Source: an uncultured Chloroflexia bacterium (GTDB lineage Bacteria; Chloroflexota; Limnocylindria; Limnocylindrales; CSP1-4). Taken from it: a stretch of DNA of 64,000 bases. Shown in pieces: positions 39,605-53,340 of the stretch; the first letter of the stretch is position 1, and every line of letters starts with the position of its first letter. The notes under the pieces are model-generated. The model worked only from the letters and a program-made list of their open reading frames with translations. It was not told the origin of the DNA and made no database searches. The stretch is taken from NCBI GenBank assembly GCA_963720825.1, contig CAVRGY010000017.1, positions 454,823 to 518,822 of the forward strand, read 5' to 3'. The translations under genes and the position numbers were made by a program.

Positions 39605-41416
39605 TCACGCCTCGTCCATGCGCAGGATCGCGAGGAAGGCCTCCTGGGGGATCTCGACCGATCCCACGCGCTTCATCCGCTGCTTCCCTTCCTTCTGCTT
39701 CTCGAGCAGCTTGCGCTTGCGGGTGATGTCGCCACCGTAACACTTCGCAAGCACGTTCTTGCGCAGGGCGCGGATCGTCTCCCGTGCGACGACGTGGCTG
39801 CCGATGGCGGCCTGGACCGGCACCTCGAACATCTGGCGCGGGATCAGCTGCTTGAGCTTCTCGGCCAGCTGGCGACCCGTGGCCTGCGCCCGATCGCGGT
39901 GGACGATGAGACTCAGCGCATCCACGGGCTCGCCCGCGACCAGGACGTCCAGCTTGACCAGGTTGGCCGGCCGGTAGCCGATCTCCTCGTAGTCCATCGA
40001 TGCGTAGCCCTGGGTGCGGCTCTTGAGCTGGTCGTAGTAGTCGACGATCAGCTCCGCGAGCGGCAGCTCGAAATGCATATGAACCCGGTGGGGGTCGAGG
40101 TATTCGAGGTTGAAGAACATCCCGCGCCGCCCGGTGGTGAGCTCCATCATCGCGCCGATGTAGCGGTCCGGGGTGACCACGCCGAGCTTGACCCAGGGCT
40201 CCTGGATCGCCTCGATCTCGCCCACGTCGGGGAACTTGGCCGGGTTGTCCACGCTCAGCACGCCGCGGCCCATGGTGAGCTCGACGCGGTACTCAACCGA
40301 CGGGGCGCTCGCGATGAGGTCCAGATTGAACTCGCGCTCGAGGCGCTCCTGGACGATCTCCATGTGGAGCAGGCCCAGGAACCCGCACCGGAAGCCGAAC
40401 CCGAGCGCCACCGAGCTCTCGGGCTCGTACGTGAAGCTGGCGTCGTTGAGGTGCAGCTTCTCCAACGCCTCGCGGAGCAGCGGATAGTCCTCGCCGGACA
40501 ACGGGTAGAGCCCGGCGAACACGAGGCTCTTGGCCTCCTGGTAGCCGGGTAGCGGCCGGGTCGCGGACTGCGCGACCGTCGTCATCGTGTCGCCGACCTG
40601 CGCCTCGCGGACGTTCTTGAAGCCGGTCGCGACGTAGCCCACCTCACCGGCCATCAGGCGCTTCACCGGGACGAGCTGCGGCCGGAACACGCCCAGCTCG
40701 AGCAGCTCGGCCTCGGCGCCGCTGGCGATGAGCCGGATCAGGTCGTGATCGTGGAGGGTGCCCTCGGCAAGCTTCACGTAGCACACGACGCCCTTGTACG
40801 GGTCGTAGTGGCTGTCGAACACGAGGGCGCGGAGCGGGGCGTCGGGGTCTCCCTTCGGCGGCGGGATCCGGGACACGATCGCCTCCAGGATCTCGGGCAC
40901 GCCGGTGCCTTCCTTGGCCGATGCGAGGATCACCTCTTCGCGAGGGATCGCGAGCACGGTCTCCAGCTCCTCCATCACGACCTCCGGCTGGGCCGACGGC
41001 AGGTCGATCTTGTTGAGCACCGGGATGATCGTCAGCCCCTCGCGGATCGCGAGGTGGACGTTGGCGAGCGTCTGGGCCTCGATCCCCTGGGCCGCGTCGA
41101 CCACCAGGATCGCGCCCTCGCACGCCTGGAGGCTGCGGCTGACCTCGTACGCGAAGTCGACGTGGCCCGGCGTGTCGATCAGGTTGAGGCCGTAGTTGAG
41201 ACCGTCGGCGGCGGTGTACTCGAGGCGGACGGCGCGAGCCTTGATCGTGATGCCCTTCTCGCGCTCGAGGTCCATCGAGTCCAGGACCTGGCTCATCATC
41301 TGCCGGCCCTCGATGGTGTGGGTCAGCTCGAGCAGGCGATCCGCGAGCGTGGACTTCCCGTGATCGATATGCGCGATGATCGAGAAGTTGCGCAGGCGGT
41401 CCTGGGGGATGATCAC
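39605..41416 (-). CDS. lepA: Translation elongation factor 4 (LepA)
   Basis: 603 aa from GTG ([23 protein letters not shown]) with [12 protein letters not shown] and the LepA-specific C-terminal domain ([25 protein letters not shown]-like). The track ORF extending to 41815 is an upstream read-through. Confidence 0.95.
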   Translation of the reverse strand: MIIPQDRLRNFSIIAHIDHGKSTLADRLLELTHTIEGRQMMSQVLDSMDLEREKGITIKARAVRLEYTAADGLNYGLNLIDTPGHVDFAYEVSRSLQACEGAILVVDAAQGIEAQTLANVHLAIREGLTIIPVLNKIDLPSAQPEVVMEELETVLAIPREEVILASAKEGTGVPEILEAIVSRIPPPKGDPDAPLRALVFDSHYDPYKGVVCYVKLAEGTLHDHDLIRLIASGAEAELLELGVFRPQLVPVKRLMAGEVGYVATGFKNVREAQVGDTMTTVAQSATRPLPGYQEAKSLVFAGLYPLSGEDYPLLREALEKLHLNDASFTYEPESSVALGFGFRCGFLGLLHMEIVQERLEREFNLDLIASAPSVEYRVELTMGRGVLSVDNPAKFPDVGEIEAIQEPWVKLGVVTPDRYIGAMMELTTGRRGMFFNLEYLDPHRVHMHFELPLAELIVDYYDQLKSRTQGYASMDYEEIGYRPANLVKLDVLVAGEPVDALSLIVHRDRAQATGRQLAEKLKQLIPRQMFEVPVQAAIGSHVVARETIRALRKNVLAKCYGGDITRKRKLLEKQKEGKQRMKRVGSVEIPQEAFLAILRMDEA

Positions 41417-41510
41417 GAGGCGGGAGTGTACCGGGGCAGCGTCATGATGGCGGCCTCGCTCGAGGCGCCAGGCTCCTGGCCCGGCGTGATCCTGAGCCAG
41501 GAGGGCTGCG

Positions 41511-41861
41511 ATGGACGTTCGTTCCGGGATCTTCGTCTCGACCACGACCACGGATGACTGGGTGCCCGATCCCGAAACGGGCGGCGAGATGCACGTTCTG
41601 GTCGAAGGCAACGGGGCGTACGTCGGGATGTCGCGCTTCCTGGACGTCACCGACGTCGGGCCGTTGACCCTGCCGGCCAGGGAGTCGTTCCTGATCCTCG
41701 AGGGCGCGGCACATATCGAGATCGCGGGCGGGCCCAGCATGGACCTGAAGGTCGGCGACATGGCCTCGATCCCGGAAGGCGCCACCGTGACCTGGCACCT
41801 GACGCTGCCATTCAAGGAGGTCTGGTTCTTTGGCCGCGCATACGAGATGTCGGCGGAATAG
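41511..41861 (+). CDS. Small cupin-fold protein (DUF861/EutQ-like)
   Basis: 116 aa with a beta-barrel pattern ([17 protein letters not shown]...[16 protein letters not shown]) typical of single-domain cupins. Confidence 0.7.
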   Translation: MDVRSGIFVSTTTTDDWVPDPETGGEMHVLVEGNGAYVGMSRFLDVTDVGPLTLPARESFLILEGAAHIEIAGGPSMDLKVGDMASIPEGATVTWHLTLPFKEVWFFGRAYEMSAE

Positions 41862-42123
41862 GGACACGATCGCCGGCTGCAGGAGCGCGCTCCGGCACCG
41901 AAGCGGGCAGACGCCGGCGTCGATGGACCGGGTCGAGGCGCCGGTGTCGGCGAGCGGCGCCCGCGTCATCGTCCAGCACGAGCGCACGAACCACCAGTCC
42001 CTGCCGCGATTCCCGTCCGCGCTCCGGTAGCGGGCTCGGGGCGGTCGGTCGGACGCCCTCCCCAGATCGGGGTGCAGGTCCGCCCATCGATCGCCGGTTT
42101 GCTCCTCGGGCATTGGCGGCACC

Positions 42124-43557
42124 ATGGCGTGCTTGCGGACCCGGGGCCCGGCCGTCACCATCGTCCCGCCGTACCCAGCACCACGCGTGGTGCCGACGGC
42201 AGCGCGCGAGGTGCGAAGGTTGCCCGTCAGACTGGCCGCGTTCCTCGACTGGCTGCGGACGCGCCTCTGGTTCATCCCCGGGATGTTCATGCTCAGCGCG
42301 TTGCTGTTGGCGCTGATCCTCGTCCATGTCGACCGGGCGCTGGATCCATCGGTCGCGGGCGACCTCAGCGGCATCCTGTTCGCCGGCGGCCCGGACAGCG
42401 CCCGCCCGGTCCTGGCGACGATCGCGACCGCGATGCTGACCTTCACCGGCGTCGTGTACTCGATCACGATGCTGGTCCTCCAGCTCGCGAGCAGCCAGCT
42501 GTCGCCTCGCGTCATGCGCACCTTCCTCCGCGATCGCCTCAACCAGGCGGTGCTCGGGCTGTTCATCGCCACCTTCCTGTACGCCCTGCTGGTGTTGCGA
42601 GAGGTCCGGTCCCCGACCGGATCGGCGGCGTTCGTGCCCGCGATCTCGATCACGTTCGCGTACGGGATGCTGATCGCGAGCGTGGCGTTCTTCATCCTGT
42701 ACATCCACCACGTCGCCCAGTCCATCCGTGCCGCGACAGTCCTGCGCAGCGTCGGTGACGAGACGCGCGATGCGATCCGACGCCTGTACCCGGAGGGGAT
42801 CGCGGAGGAGCCGGAACGCCCCGTGCCCACGATGCCCGACCGACCGCCAGACCTCGTGATGCGACTTGCGCGTGCACCGGGGGTGATCACCGCAGTGGAC
42901 GACGAGAAGCTGGTCCGGCTCGCGATCGAGAATGAGCTCACGATCGAGCTGCCCCACATGGTCGGTGACTTCGTGCCGCAGGGTGCGACGTTGCTCCACG
43001 TGTGGGCCGCGGGTGACGACCTCGATGACGGGATCGGCGGGGCGCTGGCCGCGACCATCCACACCGGCCTCGAGCGGACGATGACCCAGGACGCGGCGTT
43101 CGGGTTCCGCCAGATCGTGGACATCGGGGAACGAGCGCTCTCGCCGGGCGTGAACGATCCGACCACGGCAGTCCAGGCCCTCGACGAGCTGCACGATCTG
43201 CTGCGCCGGCTGGCAACCCGGGACCTCCCGTCAGCCGTCCGGCTGTCGGACGAGGGCGCGCCGCTCCTGCGCCTGCCGCGGCCCGATTGGGCGGACTACG
43301 TGTCGCTTGCGCTCGACGAGATTCGCCAGTACGGGGTCGGCTCGCTCCAGGTGGCGCGCCGCCTCCGGTACCTGCTGCTCGACCTGCTCGAGGTGGCACC
43401 TGCCTCCCGGGCGGAGCCGGTCAGGCGTCAGATCCGACTCCTCGACGCGTCGCTGGCCGAGGGGTTCGAGTCCCGTGAGGACCGACGAGCGGCCGCGAGC
43501 CCGAGCCCGTCCGGGCAGGGTCCGGAGTCGACACCCGCTCCCGCTGATCCGGCGTGA
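42124..43557 (+). CDS. DUF2254-family membrane protein
   Basis: N-terminal WFIPG plus four TM helices, followed by a soluble domain with ERTMTQDAAFGFRQIVDIGERALSPGVNDPTTA, a pattern I associate with DUF2254. The start is uncertain and may lie downstream of 42124. Confidence 0.7.
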   Translation: MACLRTRGPAVTIVPPYPAPRVVPTAAREVRRLPVRLAAFLDWLRTRLWFIPGMFMLSALLLALILVHVDRALDPSVAGDLSGILFAGGPDSARPVLATIATAMLTFTGVVYSITMLVLQLASSQLSPRVMRTFLRDRLNQAVLGLFIATFLYALLVLREVRSPTGSAAFVPAISITFAYGMLIASVAFFILYIHHVAQSIRAATVLRSVGDETRDAIRRLYPEGIAEEPERPVPTMPDRPPDLVMRLARAPGVITAVDDEKLVRLAIENELTIELPHMVGDFVPQGATLLHVWAAGDDLDDGIGGALAATIHTGLERTMTQDAAFGFRQIVDIGERALSPGVNDPTTAVQALDELHDLLRRLATRDLPSAVRLSDEGAPLLRLPRPDWADYVSLALDEIRQYGVGSLQVARRLRYLLLDLLEVAPASRAEPVRRQIRLLDASLAEGFESREDRRAAASPSPSGQGPESTPAPADPA

Positions 43558-43817
43558 CGGTTCGGCCACCCCTCCGGTGGGTCAGGCCGGTTCGGGGGCG
43601 TCCGCCTCGTCGGTGAAGCGCGCCTGGACGCCCCAGCCGCCGAGATCTTCGGAGACCGCGATGGCGAGCTCGTTGTCGCCCGCCTCGAGCGGCAGGTGGA
43701 GCGTGTACCAGCAACGACTGACAGATTCACTTGGCAGTTGAGCTGACAGAGTCACTCGGCAACGACACGCTGCGGACCGAGCGCACCGGGGTCCCGAACC
43801 GGTGGCAGGATGACGCC

Positions 43818-45068
43818 ATGCATGAGCAGGAAGCGCCGTACCCGATCCGGATCGCGACCCCCGAGTCCGTCCAGTCGTTCATCGATCCCGTGATGCGGGC
43901 GTTCGGCGAGGAGGTCACCGACGCCGAGTTCGAGCACTGGCGACCGACCACCGAGGCGGATCGCGTGATCGCCGCATTCGACGGGGACGCGCCGGTCGGG
44001 AGTGCCGCCGCGTACTCGTTCCGCCTGACCGTGCCGGGGGGCGAGGTCGCGGCGGCCGGCGTCACCGCGGTCGGCGTCGACCCCGGGTACCGGCGCCAGG
44101 GCGTGCTCCGGTCGCTGATGCGCCAGCAGCTGGACGACGTCCGGCGGCGGGGCGAGCCGGTCGCGATCCTGTGGGCGTCGGAGGGTGTCATCTACCAGCG
44201 CTTCGGCTACGGGATGGGGACGATCGCGGCCACGTTCGAGGTCGGCCACGGACGCACCGCCTGGCTCCGGCCGGGCGAGCCCGGCGGCCGGCTGCGGCCC
44301 GTCGACGAGGCGCAGGCGCTGGCCGCCCTTCCGGCGATCTACGACCGCGTGCGCGTCAGCACCCCCGGTGCCGTCTCGCGCTCCGAGGCCTGGTGGCGTA
44401 ACCACATCCTGCGCGACGACAAGGACAACCGGCATGGCGCCGGGCCGCTGCTCAAGTACGTCTACGAGGTCGACGGCAACGCCGAGGGATACGCGCTGTA
44501 CCGGATCAAGGACGACTGGGACGACCGGGGCCCGAGGAGCCAGCTGCTGGTGATCGAGACGATGGCCACCACGAGCCGGGCTGAGCGCGGGATCTGGACG
44601 TTCCTGTTCAATGTCGATCTCGTGCGGACGATCCGTTGCTGGCGAGCCTCGATGCCGCACCCGCTGCTGCTCGCACTGGCCGACCCCCGAGGCCTGGGCC
44701 TGGTCGCGCGCGACGGGATCTGGCTCCGCCTCGTCGACCTGCCGGCAGCGCTCGCGGCCCGTCGCTATGCCACGGCCGACCGGCTGGTGGTCGAGGTGAC
44801 CGATTCGTTCTGCCCGTGGAACGCGGGACGCTGGCTGATCGAGACGACCGGCGATCCCGGGACGGCCATCGCCGCCGTGTCGCAGACCGGATCCCCGGCC
44901 GACCTCGTCGCCGATGTCGCCGACCTTGCCGCGGTCTACCTTGGGGCGTTCCGGCCATCAGACCTGGCGCGAGCCGATCGCGTACGGGAGCTGACCGCCG
45001 GTGCGCTGCGCCGGGCCGACGCGATGTTCGCGGTCGATCGCCCTCCCTTTTGCGGGACGATGTTCTGA
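43818..45068 (+). CDS. Eis-like GNAT acetyltransferase (GNAT plus SCP2-like C-terminal domain)
   Basis: Starts at MHEQEAPYPIR. It has the GNAT motif VGVDPGYRRQGVLRSLM, the central WWRNHIL region and a C-terminal F ending, as in Eis-family enzymes. Confidence 0.8.
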   Translation: MHEQEAPYPIRIATPESVQSFIDPVMRAFGEEVTDAEFEHWRPTTEADRVIAAFDGDAPVGSAAAYSFRLTVPGGEVAAAGVTAVGVDPGYRRQGVLRSLMRQQLDDVRRRGEPVAILWASEGVIYQRFGYGMGTIAATFEVGHGRTAWLRPGEPGGRLRPVDEAQALAALPAIYDRVRVSTPGAVSRSEAWWRNHILRDDKDNRHGAGPLLKYVYEVDGNAEGYALYRIKDDWDDRGPRSQLLVIETMATTSRAERGIWTFLFNVDLVRTIRCWRASMPHPLLLALADPRGLGLVARDGIWLRLVDLPAALAARRYATADRLVVEVTDSFCPWNAGRWLIETTGDPGTAIAAVSQTGSPADLVADVADLAAVYLGAFRPSDLARADRVRELTAGALRRADAMFAVDRPPFCGTMF

Positions 45069-45076
45069 GGCGGCCG

Positions 45077-45722
45077 ATGGCTACCCCTGGAGACCGCCCT
45101 GCCCGCGGCGCTCGTCGCCGGCTATCGGCGGTTCCGCGCAACCCGGTACGCAACCGAGCGCGACCGATGGCGGCTGCTGGGCGAGGGCCAGCGGCCGGCG
45201 ACGATGGTCATCGCGTGCTCGGATTCTCGCTCCGGACCCGAGACGATCTTCGACGCCGGTCCGGGCGAGCTGTTCGTCGTCCGGAACGTGGCCGGGCTCG
45301 TCCCGGCATACGCGCCCGACGCCGCGAGCCACGGGGCGAGCGCCGCGCTCGAGTTCGCCGTGCTCGCCCTCGCGGTCCGCTCGATCGTGGTGCTGGGTCA
45401 CGGCCGGTGTGGCGGGATCGGCGCAGCCCTTCGCGGCGAGCCAACCCTGACATCCACCGATTTCCTGGGCACCTGGGTGGCCGGCCTGCGCGGGATGGCG
45501 GCGGAGCTCGAGGCTGCGGGGCCGATGACGCCGGCGGCCGCCCAGCGGGAGCTGGAGCACCGCTCGGTCGAGCGCTCCCTCGCTCACCTCCGCACGTTCC
45601 CCTGGATCGCAGCGCGCGAGTCGGCGAGCGACGTCTCGCTGTCCGGCGCCTGGTTCGACATCGGGCTGGGCGAGCTCCACGCGCTGACCTCGGCGGGCTG
45701 GGGGCCCCTGCCCGACGCCTGA
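45077..45722 (+). CDS. Beta-class carbonic anhydrase. The first four codons are in another frame.
   Basis: The zinc-ligand context is CSDSR ... HGRCGG. The track ORF begins at MVIACSDSR (45204), but the coding sequence LETALPAALVAGYRRFRATRY...GQRPATM continues upstream in frame with no start codon. An SD-preceded ATG at 45077 is one frame off across a C4 run. Confidence 0.8.
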
Positions 45723-45755
45723 CCGGATCGCGAGCGCGGGGTACGCTGCAGCACC

Positions 45756-47405
45756 ATGAACCCTGAGCCAATCGCCACATCGATCGACCAGACCCCCGAG
45801 TGGCAGGCCCTCGTGGCCCACCACGCGACGGTGCGGGATCTGCACCTGCGGCAGCTGTTCGCGGACGATCCGGAACGCGCGGAGCGGTTCCGCGCCGAGG
45901 GTGCCGGCGTGTTCCTCGACTACTCCAAGCACCGCATCACCACAGAAACGATCGAGCTGCTCCTGGCGCTCGCCCGGTCGGCGGGCGTCCAGGACCGGCG
46001 GACCGCAATGTTCGCCGGCGAGCGGATCAACGTGACCGAGGACCGCGCGGTGCTCCATACGGCCCTGCGGGCGCCGGTCGGCGAGGAGCTGCTGGTCGAC
46101 GGGGCCGAGGTGGTGAAGGCCGTGCACGACGTGCTCGACCGAATGACGGCGTTCGCGCTTCGTGTCCGCAGCGGGGAGTGGACGGGCCACACGGGCCGGC
46201 GGATCCGGAACGTGGTCAACATCGGGATCGGCGGGTCGCACCTGGGACCCGCGATGGCGACGGAGGCGCTGCGGAGCTACTCCGAGCGCTCGATGCGCTT
46301 TCGCTTCGTGTCCAACATCGACGGGGCGGACCTGCGCGAGGCGACGATCGACCTCGATCCGGCCGAGACGCTGTTCATCGTCGCGTCCAAGACGTTCGGG
46401 ACGCTCGAGACGCTGACCAACGCGCGCTCGGCGCGCGACTGGCTGCTCGCGTCGCTCCACGACCCGGAGGCCGTGGCCCGCCACTTCGTTGCCGTCAGCA
46501 CCCACGAGGCCCGCGTTCGCGAGTTCGGCATCGACCCGTCCAACATGTTCGGGTTCTGGGACTGGGTCGGCGGCCGGTATTCGATGGACTCGGCAATCGG
46601 GCTGTCGCTGATGATCGCGATCGGGCCCGATGACTTCCGGGACATGCTGACCGGGTTCCGGGCGATGGACCAGCACTTCCTGCAGGCGCCGCTGGATCGC
46701 AACCTGCCGGTGCTTCTCGGCCTGCTGGGCATCTGGTACGACAACTTCTTCGGCTTCGACACCCATGCCGTGCTCCCGTACAGCCAGGAGCTGAGCCGGT
46801 TTCCGGCCTACCTCCAGCAGCTGGACATGGAATCGAACGGGAAGTCGGTCCGTCTCGACGGGACGCGCGTAACGTACGGGACGGGGCCGATCACGTGGGG
46901 AACCGCCGGCACCAACGGTCAGCACGCCTACTACCAGCTGCTCCACCAGGGCACGCGGATCGTGCCCGCCGACCTGATCGGCTTCGTCAACCCGACGGTG
47001 GAGATGGGCGACCACCAGGACCTGCTGATGGCCAACCTGTTCGCCCAGGCCGAGGCGCTCGCGTTCGGCAAGACGCGCGACGAGGTCGTTGCCGATGGCG
47101 TCCCGGCCCACCAGGTCGACGCGCGGGTGTTCGAGGGGAACCGGCCGACGTCGGTGCTGCTCGCGGACCAGCTCACACCTCGAACGCTGGGCGCCCTCGT
47201 CGCCCTCTACGAGCACAAGGTGTTCGTGCAGGGCGCGATCTGGGGCATCGATTCGTTCGACCAGTGGGGCGTGGAGCTGGGCAAGATCCTCGCGGGCCGG
47301 ATCGCGGACGAGCTGTCGGCAACGGGCGACGGGCCTTCGTCAGCGCACGATGCTTCGACCCGGGCCCTGATCCGCCGGTACCGCACCCGACGGGCCGCGG
47401 GATGA
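45756..47405 (+). CDS. pgi: Glucose-6-phosphate isomerase
   Basis: 549 aa with full-length PGI similarity ([53 protein letters not shown]). Confidence 0.95.
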   Translation: MNPEPIATSIDQTPEWQALVAHHATVRDLHLRQLFADDPERAERFRAEGAGVFLDYSKHRITTETIELLLALARSAGVQDRRTAMFAGERINVTEDRAVLHTALRAPVGEELLVDGAEVVKAVHDVLDRMTAFALRVRSGEWTGHTGRRIRNVVNIGIGGSHLGPAMATEALRSYSERSMRFRFVSNIDGADLREATIDLDPAETLFIVASKTFGTLETLTNARSARDWLLASLHDPEAVARHFVAVSTHEARVREFGIDPSNMFGFWDWVGGRYSMDSAIGLSLMIAIGPDDFRDMLTGFRAMDQHFLQAPLDRNLPVLLGLLGIWYDNFFGFDTHAVLPYSQELSRFPAYLQQLDMESNGKSVRLDGTRVTYGTGPITWGTAGTNGQHAYYQLLHQGTRIVPADLIGFVNPTVEMGDHQDLLMANLFAQAEALAFGKTRDEVVADGVPAHQVDARVFEGNRPTSVLLADQLTPRTLGALVALYEHKVFVQGAIWGIDSFDQWGVELGKILAGRIADELSATGDGPSSAHDASTRALIRRYRTRRAAG

Positions 47406-47648
47406 CTCGACTCGTGCGCCGCGTCGGGTCAGCGGGATTCTTACCGGCTGCCTCGATGCCGGACCTCCTGAACTCCGGCTGATGAGTCGCGGGCCGGGGC
47501 GTGATCGGCGACGGACAAATTCACTGAGCAGGGACAAAGCGCTGGCCGTTCGCGGACGCCTCTGCTACCATTCGCCGTCGCGCCTCGGGCAGTCCACGCT
47601 CCTGCGCGCCTGTCACATCCTGTACTCACGGAACGGAGATCAGCCACC

Positions 47649-48356
47649 TTGGCCAGAACGCCCCGGAAATGGCAGGGCGCCCGCACCCCGTCCGGGCTGA
47701 AGCGCGTCCGCCAGGCTGAGCGCCGGCACGCGATCCTGCAGCCCCGCCGGTCCGCTGCGAAGACGCTCGTCGCCAAGGCCGTCTCGGTCGCGGCAACGCA
47801 GCCCGACAGCGCCGATGTCGCGACCTCGCTGAGCGAGGCCATCTCGGCGCTTGATCGCGCGGCCAAGGCCGGCGCGATCCACCCGAACGCGGCCGCTCGC
47901 CGCAAGTCGCGACTCGTGATCAAGGTCAACGCCGCGATCGAGGGAACCCACGTCGTGGCCGGTGGTCGCGTCGCCAAGAGCACCGGCAAGGCAGCCGCCC
48001 TCAAGGCCGCCAAGGCCCGGATCGCGGCCGGCAAGGCCGTCAAGGCGAAGGGCGCCCAGACCGCGGCCGGCAAGGCCCGCGCCGCGCTGTCGAAGACCGC
48101 CCGCTCCGAGGCCGCCCCGGCCCCGGCGACGGCCGAGACCGCGCCGTCCGTAAAGGCCAAGGCTGCGCCCAAGACCGGCACGAAGACGGCCGGCACGAAG
48201 GCGGCCGGCACGAAGACGGCCGCGAAGGCCGCACCGAAGGCAGCCGCCAAGGCGACCAAGGCCCCGGCCAAGGCAGCCACCGCAAAGCCGGCCGCCGCCA
48301 AGTCGACGACCGCGAAGGCCGCCCCCAGGACGACCCGGGCCAAGAAGGCCGAATAG
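47649..48356 (+). CDS. rpsT: Ribosomal protein S20 with a ~140-aa Lys/Ala-rich C-terminal extension
   Basis: The TTG start is preceded by GGAG about 10 nt upstream. The S20 core is LKRVRQAERRHAILQPRRSAAKT...HPNAAARRKSRL. A long AAG/GCC-rich tail (KAAPK, TKAAG repeats) follows in the same frame with strong codon periodicity. Confidence 0.85.
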   Translation: MARTPRKWQGARTPSGLKRVRQAERRHAILQPRRSAAKTLVAKAVSVAATQPDSADVATSLSEAISALDRAAKAGAIHPNAAARRKSRLVIKVNAAIEGTHVVAGGRVAKSTGKAAALKAAKARIAAGKAVKAKGAQTAAGKARAALSKTARSEAAPAPATAETAPSVKAKAAPKTGTKTAGTKAAGTKTAAKAAPKAAAKATKAPAKAATAKPAAAKSTTAKAAPRTTRAKKAE

Positions 48357-48378
48357 CAGCTGTCGCACGCCTGCGCAC

Positions 48379-48406
48379 GACGCCCCGGGTCATCGACCGG
48401 GGCGTC
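48379..48406. terminator. Intrinsic terminator hairpin between the convergent rpsT and membrane-protein genes
   Basis: GACGCCCCGG-gtcatcga-CCGGGGCGTC is followed by TTCGATTCTC and lies 23 nt after the rpsT stop. Confidence 0.55.
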
Positions 48407-48475
48407 TTCGATTCTCGGGCGGAGGTTGAGGGCGACGGGCGCCGTCGAGCCTTCGGCGTTTGCGCCAGATCCCGC

Positions 48476-49039
48476 CTAGATGACGGATGCTGCGGCGTCC
48501 TCGGGCCGGCGCCGGTTCGCGATCCCGAACATTGCGCCGCCCGCCACTGCCCCGCCCGTGGACAGCAGCAGCACCAGGCCGGCGCTGCTCAGCTGCTGCC
48601 GCCAGTAGAAGTCGGTGAATGACGCCACGTCCGTGATGCCTGCCTCGGCGAACGCGTCACCTTGGCCTGCCGCGAGATACCGCTGGTACACGCAGTCGGC
48701 GCCGGTGCGGCAGGTCAGCGGCCCGCCGGTCGAGGCATCGCGATAGCCGCCGTCGACGTTGAAGAACAGCGCCTTGACCGCGAGCAGCAGGACGGCGTAC
48801 GTAATCCCCGTCACGAGGCCCGCGAACAGGGCGTTGAGCAGCACGCGGCCGAACGGCCCGCCCGCCCGCTGGGAGCGGGCGTCGGCGTAGTAGCCGATGA
48901 GCAGGCCCGAGGGCAGGGCGAGGAACCAGTAGACCGGCTCAATCGGGATGACCAGCAGGAAGCTGATGCCGACGGTCACGGCCATCCCCACACCGACCCA
49001 GGCCGCCGTGATGGCGCCCCGATCGACGAACCGGCTCAC
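48476..49039 (-). CDS. Hypothetical membrane protein
   Basis: The GTG start at 49039 (VSRFVDRG) lies after the eno stop. There are four TM helices with a Cys-containing loop between TM3 and TM4. No known motif. Confidence 0.55.
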   Translation of the reverse strand: MSRFVDRGAITAAWVGVGMAVTVGISFLLVIPIEPVYWFLALPSGLLIGYYADARSQRAGGPFGRVLLNALFAGLVTGITYAVLLLAVKALFFNVDGGYRDASTGGPLTCRTGADCVYQRYLAAGQGDAFAEAGITDVASFTDFYWRQQLSSAGLVLLLSTGGAVAGGAMFGIANRRRPEDAAASVI

Positions 49040-49082
49040 GCAGCCACCCGGACTGGGACGCCCCGGATCGGCGACGGCGAGA

Positions 49083-52670
<3,588 letters not shown>

Positions 52671-53063
52671 TCAGTGTGGAGGGCCGGGCACACTCGATGA
52701 GGCGCGTGCGCCGGGAAAGGGCGAACCGTGAACCGAGCCCGATCGTGCCGACGGACGACGATCGATCGAGGCGACGTCGGGAGCGCTGCGACGGTCGCCG
52801 AAGTGGCGACGGCGGCGGCGACCCCGAAGCCGGGGGACGCGCCGGGTCGGGCGCGCCGGCCGGGGGACCGGTGCCCGTGGAGGTGCAGCCCTGCTCGACC
52901 GGGAGCGATGCCGAGGTCAGGAGCTGGTGCCGGATATGCGGTCAGGGCGAGACCTCGGGTGGTTGGATCGAGGGGTTCGCCCAAATCTTAGCAAAGGCCC
53001 GTGCATGGACCCCCGACGGGCGGCCCGGTTCAACCGTGCCCTTCGCACTGGCCCCGGACACCA

Positions 53064-53098
53064 TTGAGCCCCCGCCGGACGGGCCGGTGGGGGCTCAA
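53064..53098. terminator. GC-rich hairpin downstream of the small zinc-ribbon gene
   Basis: TTGAGCCCCC...GGGGGCTCAA forms a 10-bp outer stem with an inner CCGG/CCGG pairing, 25 nt after the stop at 53123. No clear U-tract follows. Confidence 0.4.
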
Positions 53099-53122
53099 CT
53101 TCGCGGTCTGTTGCCGGCGAGG

Positions 53123-53263
53123 TCAGCCGCCGATCTTGAACACCTTGCCGCCGCACTTCGGGCACGTGCCCGAGAGCGCCGGCTTGCCGTTCTTCATCGT
53201 GATCTGCTGCGGGTTCTGGACCTCGACCTTCATCTTGTCCTTGACGCAATAGGCTTCAGCCAT
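53123..53263 (-). CDS. Small zinc-ribbon protein (46 aa, DUF5679-like). Not present in the supplied ORF track.
   Basis: The sequence MAEAYCVKDKMKVEVQNPQQITMKNGKPALSGTCPKCGGKVFKIGG is preceded by the strong SD GAGGAGGAG about 8 nt upstream. A CPKCGG knuckle is present. Confidence 0.7.
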   Translation of the reverse strand: MAEAYCVKDKMKVEVQNPQQITMKNGKPALSGTCPKCGGKVFKIGG

Positions 53264-53340
53264 GGAGACCGCTCCTCCTCACGCTGTCCGCGTCACGAGA
53301 GCACGCCTCTCGGGTCCGCGGGGATAGCTGGATCTGGCGC

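Noticed and set aside
47649-47720. A possible additional frameshift at the rpsT start. ATG 47669 plus a CCCC run would give MAGRPHPSGLKRVRQ.
   Set aside because: The in-frame TTG at 47649 has a properly spaced GGAG SD, whereas the ATG has none, so no frame correction is needed. The alternative cannot be fully excluded.
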